Shown here: piece after piece, positions 19,977-30,100 of the stretch
Layout: each line of letters opens with the position of its first letter
Position numbering within the stretch: the first letter of the stretch is position 1
Assembly (NCBI GenBank): GCA_963722255.1
Contig: CAVRJO010000001.1
Span: 96,001 to 160,000 of the forward strand
Reading direction: 5' to 3'
From: Candidatus Babeliales bacterium
GTDB taxonomy: Bacteria; Babelota; Babeliae; Babelales; JANWKD01
DNA: 64,000 nucleotides
Position numbers and translations under genes: made by a program
The notes under the pieces: model-generated
What the model was told of the DNA's origin: nothing
The model's database searches: none
The model's input: the letters and a program-made list of their open reading frames with translations, nothing else

Positions 19977-21098
19977 CTATTTTTTTAATTTTTTTGTTTT
20001 TTTATTTTGCGCTTCTAAAGCTTCACTTTTTTCAAGTTCAGCCTCAATTTCTTCTATAGTAGGCAAACTACTTTTAAACTCTTTGGGCAACTTATTCATA
20101 ATTTCTGTTTCATATTCAGCAACACCAATTGGTTTCTTAATATCCCGTAATGCATACTCAGCGGTAAAATTCTTTTTCGTTTTACACAATAACAAGCCAA
20201 TTGTTGGTTTATCGTACTCATCACGAACTAAATCATCGACGGCAGATAAATAGAAATTGAGCTGGCCAACATCTCGAGGATCAAATGCTCGTGCTTTTAA
20301 TTCAACCACAACGTAGCATTTTAGTTTTAGATGATAAAAAAGAAGATCAATATAATAATCATCACCATCTACTTCTAAATGATATTGCCGCCCCACCAAT
20401 GAAAAACCTTTACCCATTTCAAGAAGAAGCTGCTCAACATTATGGATAAGCCCTTCCTCTAGATCTCGTTCAATATGATCTTCATGTAAAGTAAGAAAAT
20501 CAAAAATATAAGGATCTTTAAATGATTGTTGCGCCATGGCAGAATGAGGTAAAGGTAATGTATGTTTAAAATTTGTTATCGCCTTTCCTTCTCTGCTAAA
20601 AAGATCAGACTTAATCCACGTTTCCAAAGCGCTTCTACTCCAGCCGCATTCTAAAGCTTTTTTTGCGTACCACAAGCGTTTTTCGATGGTTTTGACTTTC
20701 TCCAAGAGTACAGCATTATGACCCCAGGGAATAGTAAAAATAGGTAACTCTTCTAATTGTGCCACAGCTTGTGGCACAATTTCATAAGCCTTATAAAAAG
20801 CTAACATTCTAAAGACATTACGCTTTGAAAAGCCTCCCATTCCAGAGCATAAATTTTGCAAATCATGCGCTAATTTTTCAAGAACACGAGCCCCCCAACC
20901 TTCTTTTTTCTGTTTTTCGACAATGAGCTTACCAATTGACCAATAAAGTTTAATAAGCTCTTTATTAACAGAAAGAATCGCGTTTACTTTTGATTGCTCA
21001 ATTTGACTCTTTATTTCCGCCAACGTTGATACATACTCTTTTGTAGAAATTGCTTCATCTTTTTTTAAGGTTGTTTTTTTTGCGCTATTTTTTTTCAT
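19977..21098 (-). CDS. DUF1016/YhcG family PD-(D/E)XK nuclease
   Basis: LYWSIG, IPWGHN, FKDPYIFDFL, LLEMGKGF, IDLLFYH, VVVELK, GQLNFYL, PTIGLLLC. Confidence 0.92.
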   Translation of the reverse strand: MKKNSAKKTTLKKDEAISTKEYVSTLAEIKSQIEQSKVNAILSVNKELIKLYWSIGKLIVEKQKKEGWGARVLEKLAHDLQNLCSGMGGFSKRNVFRMLAFYKAYEIVPQAVAQLEELPIFTIPWGHNAVLLEKVKTIEKRLWYAKKALECGWSRSALETWIKSDLFSREGKAITNFKHTLPLPHSAMAQQSFKDPYIFDFLTLHEDHIERDLEEGLIHNVEQLLLEMGKGFSLVGRQYHLEVDGDDYYIDLLFYHLKLKCYVVVELKARAFDPRDVGQLNFYLSAVDDLVRDEYDKPTIGLLLCKTKKNFTAEYALRDIKKPIGVAEYETEIMNKLPKEFKSSLPTIEEIEAELEKSEALEAQNKKTKKLKK

Positions 21099-21276
21099 TG
21101 AATAACTTTCAATAAAAGTAGATTCTAAATCTTAAAATTAACAAATTACTCTTCATACTACCCAGTTTCACTGTAAAGATAAATCTATCCTACTTTTCAT
21201 AAAATATTGGATTTATCCAACCCAGTTGGTATATATTGTATATACATTAAACAACTATTAAACTATAAAGTTACCT

Positions 21277-22296
21277 ATGATCGAATCATCAACAATAAAC
21301 CTTTTACTTCAGCAAGAATCTCCCGAAGAACAGTTACAGGCTTTTATTCCAAAGACATTTGATGATTATTTAGGCCAACATGAACTGAAAAAAAAGTTAG
21401 CAATCTATACGCAAGCTGCTAAAATGCGCGGTGAGCCTTTAGATCATCTTTTATTATTTGGTCCTCCGGGCCTTGGCAAAACGACACTCTCACAAATTAT
21501 GGCCCAAGTAATGAATGTCGGCATAAAAATCTGCAGTGGTCCCATGCTTGAACGTACGGGTGATTTAGTTGCATTGCTTTCAAGTTTAGAACCACGCGAT
21601 ATTTTTTTCATTGATGAAATTCACCGAATGCCCACTAATGTTGAAGAGGTTCTTTATAGCGCCATGGAACATTATCGTATTGACGTCATTATTGGGCAAG
21701 GCGTTGGAGCAAAATCAATCAATCTCCCTATTCACCCTTTTACCTTAATTGGCGCTACCACCAAAAGTGGTATGCTTTCGGCGCCCTTGCGAAGTAGATT
21801 TGGTATTATAGAGCGCTTAGATTTTTATTCTGATGATGAACTTAAAGCGATAGTTTTACAAAATGCAGCATTTTTAAAGCTTAATCTTTCAGAAGCATCG
21901 GCTTTACATATTGCTCGTTGTTCACGAGGAACACCTCGAACTGCAAAAAAAATTATTCGTAGAATCCGAGATTTTGCGCAAGTAACCAATGACAATAGCG
22001 CAACTGATGCATTGGTACTTACTGCACTTGAGTTTTTAGGAATCGACCACGAAGGATTAAATACGCTCGATAACCTTCTTTTAAAAAAAATTGTTGAAAA
22101 TTTTAATGGTGGTCCCGTTGGTCTTGAAACCTTAGCAAGTTTAATCGGCGAGGACAAAGATACTATTGAAGAGGTGTACGAACCTTTTTTATTGCGTAAA
22201 GGATATTTAGAAAAAACATCTCGCGGTCGACAGATTCCTGCTCTTATGTTACCCTTATTAAAAAGAAAATTTTTGGGTCAAAGCACCCTCTTGTAA
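21277..22296 (+). CDS. ruvB: Holliday junction branch migration helicase RuvB
   Basis: LDHLLLFGPPGLGKTTL, FIDEIHR, LYSAME, GATTKSG, SRGTPR, GGPVGLETL, EEVYEPFL. Confidence 0.97.
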   Translation: MIESSTINLLLQQESPEEQLQAFIPKTFDDYLGQHELKKKLAIYTQAAKMRGEPLDHLLLFGPPGLGKTTLSQIMAQVMNVGIKICSGPMLERTGDLVALLSSLEPRDIFFIDEIHRMPTNVEEVLYSAMEHYRIDVIIGQGVGAKSINLPIHPFTLIGATTKSGMLSAPLRSRFGIIERLDFYSDDELKAIVLQNAAFLKLNLSEASALHIARCSRGTPRTAKKIIRRIRDFAQVTNDNSATDALVLTALEFLGIDHEGLNTLDNLLLKKIVENFNGGPVGLETLASLIGEDKDTIEEVYEPFLLRKGYLEKTSRGRQIPALMLPLLKRKFLGQSTLL

Positions 22297-22311
22297 CCAC
22301 GTGGAGTTCAC

Positions 22312-23034
22312 ATGTCAGGACATTCAAAATGGGCAACCATTAAAAGAAAAAAAGCCGCAATAGATTCAAAACGCGGAAAAGAATTTACCAAATTAATTAA
22401 AGAAATTACCGTTGCTGCTCGCTTAGGTGGTGGTGATGTTACCGCTAATTCCCGGCTACGTCTTCTTGTTGAAAAAGCAAAAGAGATAAATATGCCAATG
22501 GATAATACTCAGCGCGCCATAAAGCGCGGTACTGGCGAAATGCCCGGCGTTCATTATGAAGAACAAACCTATGAGGGATATGGCCCAAATAGCATAGCAA
22601 TCGTTATTGATACACTCACGGATAACAAAAACAGAACCGTTGCAGAACTTCGTAGATTATTCACCGTCCATGGTGGCTCATTAGCCGAAACTGGTTCTGT
22701 AAGTTGGATGTTCACACGCTTGGGTGTTGTTGAAGTCACTGGAGCACAGTCAGAAGATCAACTTCTTGAACTTTTAATGGATTTTGATGTGAAAGATATC
22801 AGTTCATTAGATAATGTATGGACCATAATTTGTGATCCAAAATCATTAGAACCTATAAAAAAAGCTGTACATGACGCAGGAATGAAAGTTGAACGTGCTG
22901 AACTAGATTTGGTTGCACAAAATTATGTAACCTTAACAGGTGACGAATATGAAAAGGCGACCGAATTTTTGGCAGAACTTGAAGACCATGATGATGTTCA
23001 AAATATCTACACCAATCTAAAAAATGAAGGATAA
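22312..23034 (+). CDS. yebC: YebC/PmpR family protein
   Basis: MSGHSKWATIKRKK, YEGYGP, TDNKNRT, LEDHDDVQNIYTN. Confidence 0.95.
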   Translation: MSGHSKWATIKRKKAAIDSKRGKEFTKLIKEITVAARLGGGDVTANSRLRLLVEKAKEINMPMDNTQRAIKRGTGEMPGVHYEEQTYEGYGPNSIAIVIDTLTDNKNRTVAELRRLFTVHGGSLAETGSVSWMFTRLGVVEVTGAQSEDQLLELLMDFDVKDISSLDNVWTIICDPKSLEPIKKAVHDAGMKVERAELDLVAQNYVTLTGDEYEKATEFLAELEDHDDVQNIYTNLKNEG

Positions 23035-23036
23035 TA

Positions 23037-23927
23037 ATGACTTTTAGCATGACCGGATTTGCGACCAAGACCATTGAGGTTGCTTTGCTTAACAATAAAG
23101 CATATCTTTCAATGACGCTCAAATCATTAAATTCCAGATTTTTTGAAGCGACTTGCAAATTACCCCATGCATTACAATCATTAGAAATTGAATTTATTAA
23201 ACTTTTAAAAGATTCTTTACATCGGGGTAAAGTAACATTTTCAATATCAATAAGTAATCCTTTAGTATTCAAAGGACCTATTGAACCATCTTTCTATATG
23301 GTGCAAAATTATCTAGAATCTCTGAATCAGATACAAAAAAAATATGCAATTCCCGGAACTATTACTATTTCTGATCTTGTAACATTACCCCATATTTTTA
23401 TTGAAGAAGAAGCAACTCTTGATGATTCAATGCTCAATCTTATCAAACAAACTGCGCAAGAATTAATCGCTGAGCTTCGCAAAGAACAACTTACAGAAGG
23501 AGTTGCTTTACAAAATGATATTCAAGCTCGCCTTATACTCTTAAAACAAGAAATAAGGGAAATTGAAAACTGTGCTATCAACGTTAGTCAACAAAGAAAA
23601 TTGGAAATTCATAATAAACTCAATGAGTTAGAAAAAAGCTCCTCAGATGTCATTGAACTTACAAAACATCAATTATTTGCTGAACTCGAGCGTATGGATA
23701 TCAATGAAGAAATTGTTCGATTCAATAGCCACCTCTTAAACTTATCTGATGTCATGCAATCAAATCAACAAGAAAAAGGCAGAAAAATCGATTTTATTAT
23801 ACAAGAATTAACTCGTGAAATTAATACTATTGGTGCTAAAACAAGTGAAGCTGCAATTGGCACTCGAGCAATTTCTATTAAGGTTGAATTAGAAAAAATT
23901 AGGGAGCAAGCACAAAATATTGTATAA
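23037..23927 (+). CDS. yicC: YicC/YloC family endoribonuclease
   Basis: SMTGF, KSLNSRF, RGKV, DINEEIVRF, GRKIDFIIQE..REINTIGAK, ELEKIREQAQNI. Confidence 0.93.
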   Translation: MTFSMTGFATKTIEVALLNNKAYLSMTLKSLNSRFFEATCKLPHALQSLEIEFIKLLKDSLHRGKVTFSISISNPLVFKGPIEPSFYMVQNYLESLNQIQKKYAIPGTITISDLVTLPHIFIEEEATLDDSMLNLIKQTAQELIAELRKEQLTEGVALQNDIQARLILLKQEIREIENCAINVSQQRKLEIHNKLNELEKSSSDVIELTKHQLFAELERMDINEEIVRFNSHLLNLSDVMQSNQQEKGRKIDFIIQELTREINTIGAKTSEAAIGTRAISIKVELEKIREQAQNIV

Positions 23928-23963
23928 ATAGTCACTATCTTTATTAAAAAAAGGAAGATACTA

Positions 23964-25712
23964 ATGAACGCAGGAGTAAAGAAGTTTATAGTAGGTCTGT
24001 TCTGTATTGCATTTACGTCTATCCATGCCATTGAATCTTATAACGAAAAAAAAACAGTTTTTGATGAAAATTTTAGTAAAACTTTAGAATCAGAAATTCG
24101 TTCCATCATCTCACGTGACTGTTCCTTCTCTATCGGACAAATTTCACAATTCAATATTCCTTTTGTTATTAATAATAGAATCAGCCCGAATAACAGTTTC
24201 AATAATATTACACCAACAACAAATGCATTCAGTAATAACACGTTAATCGGACTTTCTGCGACCAATAATACCACGAACTCATTTAATACTGACAATACAA
24301 TTAATACTAATAACATTACTAACGGCTTTAGTTCCTTTAATAGCAATGCAAATCCAATAAACTGTAATGTTACGGTTAATAATAGCAATAATCCATCCGG
24401 TCTTTATTGTCTGGCTCCAAACTTTGCTTCACAAGTTACCAATAATCCTCAACTCGTTGGGAAAATTGCTGTTCCTTGTAATGTTGGAATTACTATTAGT
24501 GCAAGCAATGTTATTATAGATTTTAATGATACCGTGCTTATGGGTAGCGGAGGGTCAACAGGAATCTTAATTAATGGTGGCGTTTCAAATATCATTATAC
24601 GAAACGGTACCATAAGCAATATGACAAATGCAGGGATTACTATAAACAATGGTAGTAGTGCCATGACAGGTTCGATTCTTATTGAAAATATGAAATTCTT
24701 CAACAACGGAACAGCTGTCAATGTTATTGGTGGATTCAATGTTATACTACAAAACTCTCGAGCCTATTTTTCAAATTCTAATGGATTTTCATTTTCCCAA
24801 GTAACCGACTGCTTTTTAAATAATTGCATAAGCAATAGCAATAACAACCATGGCTTTAACATTGCAAATTCAAATTCTATTGTTATATCAAATTGCCAAT
24901 CTGATGAAAATACCCAAAATGGTTTTAATATCACTGGGCTTACGGGAAGTGTCATCGAACAATGCGTGGCTAATAATAATCAAAATGGTTTTGTAATTGC
25001 ACCAGGGAGTGCTCTATCACAAAACGTATTAATAAATCATTGTTTTACCGCGCAAAATACGATTATAGGATTTTCAATAACAGGAAATGCCATAAATGGC
25101 GATGAATGTGTTTCTTATAATAACACGACGGGATTTCAATGTATTGGCAACGCTATTTCATTAAGTGATTCTGTTGCAAAAAATAACTCCGGTAATGGAT
25201 TTCAAGTTACCGGTAATTTTGCTCAACTAACCAATACAGAATCAATGAGCAACACGGCTCAAGGATTTCAAATTAATGGAATTACTAATTCACTGTTACA
25301 TGCTCTAGCAAAAAATAATGGCACCAATGGATTTCAAATTACCGGTACCGGGTCAGAGATACAATATTGCACTGCTTCAAGCAACGGTTCAAATGGAATC
25401 ATTATCAATGGCAACAATCATGCCATCTTAAATTGCATAGCACAACAACATAATATAGGTAATGGAACAACGACAGGAAATGGAATTTTATTAGCAGCGC
25501 TTAATGGATTTGGCCCAATTTCAACGACCTGCCAAGTTAGAAATAATACAACAATTGGTAATGTAACCGGTATCAACAATCAAGGAACCAATAATAGAAT
25601 CTATTCAAATTTTTCAAACAATAATACCACTAATTATATCAATGTTCCCAATGTAGCAACATCCCCACTGATAACGGATCCAATTAACTTCACAGCAAAT
25701 ATCTCAGAATAG
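23964..25712 (+). CDS. Secreted right-handed beta-helix repeat protein (distant relative of the 8.6-16.4 kb array)
   Basis: Signal peptide, Asn/Thr-rich linker, SGLYCL cap, many ~22-aa NN..GF.I.G repeats, C-terminal NNTTNYINVPNV. Confidence 0.85.
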   Translation: MNAGVKKFIVGLFCIAFTSIHAIESYNEKKTVFDENFSKTLESEIRSIISRDCSFSIGQISQFNIPFVINNRISPNNSFNNITPTTNAFSNNTLIGLSATNNTTNSFNTDNTINTNNITNGFSSFNSNANPINCNVTVNNSNNPSGLYCLAPNFASQVTNNPQLVGKIAVPCNVGITISASNVIIDFNDTVLMGSGGSTGILINGGVSNIIIRNGTISNMTNAGITINNGSSAMTGSILIENMKFFNNGTAVNVIGGFNVILQNSRAYFSNSNGFSFSQVTDCFLNNCISNSNNNHGFNIANSNSIVISNCQSDENTQNGFNITGLTGSVIEQCVANNNQNGFVIAPGSALSQNVLINHCFTAQNTIIGFSITGNAINGDECVSYNNTTGFQCIGNAISLSDSVAKNNSGNGFQVTGNFAQLTNTESMSNTAQGFQINGITNSLLHALAKNNGTNGFQITGTGSEIQYCTASSNGSNGIIINGNNHAILNCIAQQHNIGNGTTTGNGILLAALNGFGPISTTCQVRNNTTIGNVTGINNQGTNNRIYSNFSNNNTTNYINVPNVATSPLITDPINFTANISE

Positions 25713-25728
25713 TTTCATCCTCAATGCA

Positions 25729-25757
25729 AAAGGCCCAGCATTTATTGCTAGGCCTTT
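25729..25757. terminator. Bidirectional terminator-like hairpin
   Basis: aaaggcccagca...tgctaggccttt between convergent genes. Confidence 0.65.
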
Positions 25758-25785
25758 ACATCATAGAACTATTTCAGAATATTCA

Positions 25786-26937
25786 TTAATCCCAAGGATT
25801 CCACTCTTCTTCCTCTTCACCCTCTTCTTCTTCAGGATTCATTGATTTATAACGCTCCCCAAGTACTTTTTTCAATCGCTCTTGCAAAGAACCTTCTCCC
25901 TCTCCCGTTTCAGGCTTTTTTTCTTCCATTTCCGGTTTTTTAAGTTTTCCCATCTTTTCTTTTAATTGTTCTTCTAAACTCTTTTCTGGCGCTTGCGGAG
26001 CTCCAGGTTCTTTTTTTTCAGGTGAAGGTGGCGGAGGAGGTATTGTTCCTTCATGTTCTTCTTTTTGAGGCTTCTCAGGCTCTACTCCAGGTAAAGGAGG
26101 CAACGGTCTTTCTTCTTCTGATCCTTCAGGCAATTCTCGTTTAGGCACCGGCGGTGGTTCATTTCCTTCATATCCTTCTTGCCATGATCTTTTAACATTT
26201 CTATAGGCATTATTTAGTTGGTTTACATAACTTTTTCGCGTCCCAAGAATATTCTTTTCTTTCATGATCTCTTTCATGAGAGATGCATGCCGAGCCATTA
26301 AATCTTTTTCACGCTGCAATTCTTCAGGTGTATAAACTAATTCTTCTTCTTTTTTAGGCAAGATAGGCAATTCTCTGAGAGATTCCAATATTTTTCTATA
26401 TATTTGTAGTGCATAAGGTGATTGATCAATTGCTTGCAATAATGCACTGATCTTATCTTGAATTTTTTTATTTTTTATTTGTGTTTCAAGCAGTGGCAGC
26501 TTTTGGGAAAAACGTTTTAATAGTTCTTCTAAATGAGAGTTAACAAATGATCGTAAAATTTCAGGATTACTAGATTGATCAACTTCCTGCAATAGATCTG
26601 AAAATTCTGCAAGAATGCTCTTTTGCGCTTGCTTTTCTACAGGAGTTAAATCTTGTAGTGGTAATTCTGACTTGCTTATAGATGGGACAAGGTTTGCCTC
26701 ATCAAAGAGCGCGTAAATAACAGCCAGAGGTTTTCCCTGAGCACCAATTTTAGTGAAAAATATTTGTAACTTTTCTTTTAACGGCTCAAGCGTCTCATCT
26801 CCTGCCAAAACCAAAACAAGTTCTTGCAATGTTGCCCGCAAGCTTTTTAACTGATCAACAATAGTATATGAGGCATACACAGAGGCAGAACACAGTAACA
26901 AAACAAACAAGAGACTCATAGTTTTACATTTGTTCAT
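25786..26937 (-). CDS. Secreted proline-rich protein with C-terminal WH2-Central-Acidic (VCA-like) module; putative Arp2/3 nucleation-promoting factor mimic
   Basis: Signal peptide; PPPVPKR, RPLPPLP, PPPPP; SLEEQLKEKMGKLKKP; SLQERLKKVLGERYKSM; EEEEGEEEEEWNPWD*. Confidence 0.7.
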   Translation of the reverse strand: MNKCKTMSLLFVLLLCSASVYASYTIVDQLKSLRATLQELVLVLAGDETLEPLKEKLQIFFTKIGAQGKPLAVIYALFDEANLVPSISKSELPLQDLTPVEKQAQKSILAEFSDLLQEVDQSSNPEILRSFVNSHLEELLKRFSQKLPLLETQIKNKKIQDKISALLQAIDQSPYALQIYRKILESLRELPILPKKEEELVYTPEELQREKDLMARHASLMKEIMKEKNILGTRKSYVNQLNNAYRNVKRSWQEGYEGNEPPPVPKRELPEGSEEERPLPPLPGVEPEKPQKEEHEGTIPPPPPSPEKKEPGAPQAPEKSLEEQLKEKMGKLKKPEMEEKKPETGEGEGSLQERLKKVLGERYKSMNPEEEEGEEEEEWNPWD

Positions 26938-27111
26938 AGGTAACTCTTTTTTTAGGCTAAAAATATGTCACATCACTATAAACTATAAAAATTTCTCCAA
27001 TTCAAACTCAAGAATTAAATACAACAAAACAATAAACCTCTATAAAACAGATCTTTTTTGTCGAAAACAATTCAATTTTTTAAATTCTCGTTTACACTAA
27101 TTACTGTAGAG

Positions 27112-27120
27112 TTATCCACA
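27112..27120 (+). promoter_or_regulatory. Perfect DnaA box upstream of dnaE
   Basis: TTATCCACA ending 25 nt before the dnaE ATG. Confidence 0.55.
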
Positions 27121-27145
27121 AAAATAATCATTAAGACCCATTTCT

Positions 27146-30100
27146 ATGCTGCAAAAACATTTTACCCATCTGCATTTACATACTGAATTTTCCCTTCTTG
27201 ATGGGGCAATACATATTGATAAGCTCATAGATTTTGGTAAAAAAAATAATTTCAAAGCCCTTGCTATCACTGATCATGGAAATATTTTTGGTGCCGTAAA
27301 GTTTTTCCAAAAATGTAAGAAAGCTGGTATTAAACCAGTTCTTGGGATGGAAGCTTATTTTACCGAAGATGTAGCAATCAAATCCGCCGACCGCAAATAT
27401 TACCATCTTATTTTGCTGGTACAAAACGAAACAGGTTATAAAAATCTTTGTAAACTCATTTCTTTTGCCTATCAGAGCGGATTTTATTTTAAACCTCGTA
27501 TTGACTACGCAATACTTAAAAAATATTCTGAAGGACTTATTGCAACATCGGCGTGCCTGGGCGGACACATCCCAACACTGTTGATGAATAATCAACTCGA
27601 TGAAGCACGAGAAAGGCTTCTTTGGTTTTTAGAAGTTTTTGGCCCTGATAGATTTTTTTTAGAGGTGCAACCGGAAGATCAACACGAGCAAGCAGAACTT
27701 AATACTAAGCTCTATGAGCTTAGTGCACACTATGGAGTAAAACTTGTCGCAACAGGAGATTGCCATTACATTCATGCTACTGATCGCGAAGCACATGAAG
27801 TCATGCTTGCCATACAAACGCAGCACAAAATCACTGATCCTGATAGGTTTTCTTTTGGACAGGCTCGAGTACATATGCGCACTCAAGATGAGATGCTTAA
27901 TCTCTTCTCAGAACACCCTGACGCAGTATGGAATAGCGGCGCAATAGCGGACTCATGCAACTTTGATTTTACTACAGGCAAACTTTATTTCCCTGAGTTT
28001 CAAATTCCGGACCAACATACACCTGAATCTTTCTTTACCGAACTTTGCCATCAAGGGTTGCATAATCTTATACAAAACGACCTTATTGATAAACAAAAAG
28101 AGCACGAATACTGGAATCGTCTCAATTTTGAACTTGATCTCATTATTAAAATGGGATTCGTTGGTTATTTTCTTGTCGTAAGCGATTTTATTCAATGGTC
28201 AAAAAGAAATGGCATTCCTGTTGGCCCCGGACGTGGTTCTGCAGCAGGATCATTAGTTTCATGGTCGTTACAAATTACTAATATTGATCCTTTAAAATAT
28301 AACCTACTTTTTGAACGCTTTTTAAATCCAGAACGAATCAGCATGCCCGATATTGATATAGATTTTTGTATCGAAGGTAGAGATGCTGTTATTAATTACG
28401 TTCGAGAAAAATATGGCCATGATAAAGTTGGTCAAATAATCACCTTTGGTACCATGATGGCAAAAGGTGTTATCAAAGATGTTGCACGTGTTTTGGGAAT
28501 GCCATTTGAAGATTCAAATGCAATATCAGCACTTATACCCGAGCAACTAAAAATAACGCTTAAAGAAGCAATCGAACAAGAACCAAAACTCAAAGAGCTT
28601 ATCGATAATAATTCCCAAGTTGCAAAAGTCTTTGAAATTGCATTCACCTTAGAAGGCATTACTCGTCATGCCTCCAAACATGCCGCAGGTATTGTTATTT
28701 CTCCCGAGCCTATTGATGAAGTTCTTCCTGTGTATGTTCCACCAAAAAGCAGCGAACTCGTTACACAATATGCAATGACAGAATTAGAGGCATTGGGTTT
28801 TTTAAAAATCGATTTGCTTGGGTTAAAAAACCTTACACTTATTGAACGAACTCTTCAACTTATTAAAAAAAATCATGACATTGTGATCAATTTGGATAAG
28901 TTACCCCTTGATGATGCTAATACCTTTAAACTCATTTGCCAGGGAAAAACATCGGGGGTATTCCAGCTTGAATCAAATGGTCTTAAAGAAGTTTTACAAA
29001 AGCTTCAACCGGAGAAATTTGAAGATATTATTGCTGTAAATGCTTTATATCGTCCCGGACCTCTTGGCTCCGGAATGGTAGATGACTTTATCGAGCGCAA
29101 ACAGGGTCGTCAAAAAATAATCTATATCTTTCCGGAACTTAAACCTATTCTTGAAGAAACCTACGGTGTTATTGTCTATCAAGAACAGGTTATAAAAATC
29201 GCATCTGCAATAGGAGGCTATAGTTTAGGCGAAGCAGATATTTTACGTAAGGCTATGGGGAAGAAAAAAGCTGACGTAATGGCAGAACAAAAGGAGATTT
29301 TTTTAAAGAAGTCTTTAGCACTTAATTTTGATGCAAAAAAATCTGCTGAAATTTTTGACTTAATGGCCTATTTTGCCGGTTATGGTTTTAATAAATCACA
29401 TTCTGCTGCTTATGCATTAATTGCGTATCAAACTGCTTATTTAAAAGCTAATTTCCTTCCTGAATTTATGGCTTGTTTGATTTCGCTTGAATCGGCCAAT
29501 GCCGAAAATATGGTTTTTTATTTACAGGAAGCAAAAGATATGGGGTTACCAATTTTGCCGCCCAATATTAACAGCTCTGAAATCGATTTCAGCATTATTA
29601 ATAACGCACTTCTTTTTGGTTTACGCGGTATAAAAAATGTTGGCATGGCATCTCTTGATAATATTATTAATGAACGTAAAAAAGGACCCTTCACTGATCT
29701 TTTTAATTTTTGTAAACGAATAGATTTACGAACTTCAAATAAACGTGTAATAGAAAACTTAATTTGTGCAGGTGCATTTGATTCTTTACCGGGCAATCGA
29801 GCTCAAAAATATGAAGAGCTTCCTAAAATTATGGAACAAGCTTCTGCCAAAAAAAAGAGTGAAGAAACCGGACAATTAGGGCTATTTGATATTCAGAGCA
29901 GTCCTAGTCCTGATCTTTCAGTACACCAAGAGCCTTCCTATTCATTCAGTTCTCGCTCAGAATGGGATAATAAAACAAAGCTTGAAAAAGAAGAAGAGGT
30001 CATTGGTTTTTATTTAAGCGCACATCCACTCGATGCCTATAAACACTATTTACAATGGTTTAAAATTCAACCATTTCAACATATATTGAACGCGTCCTCT

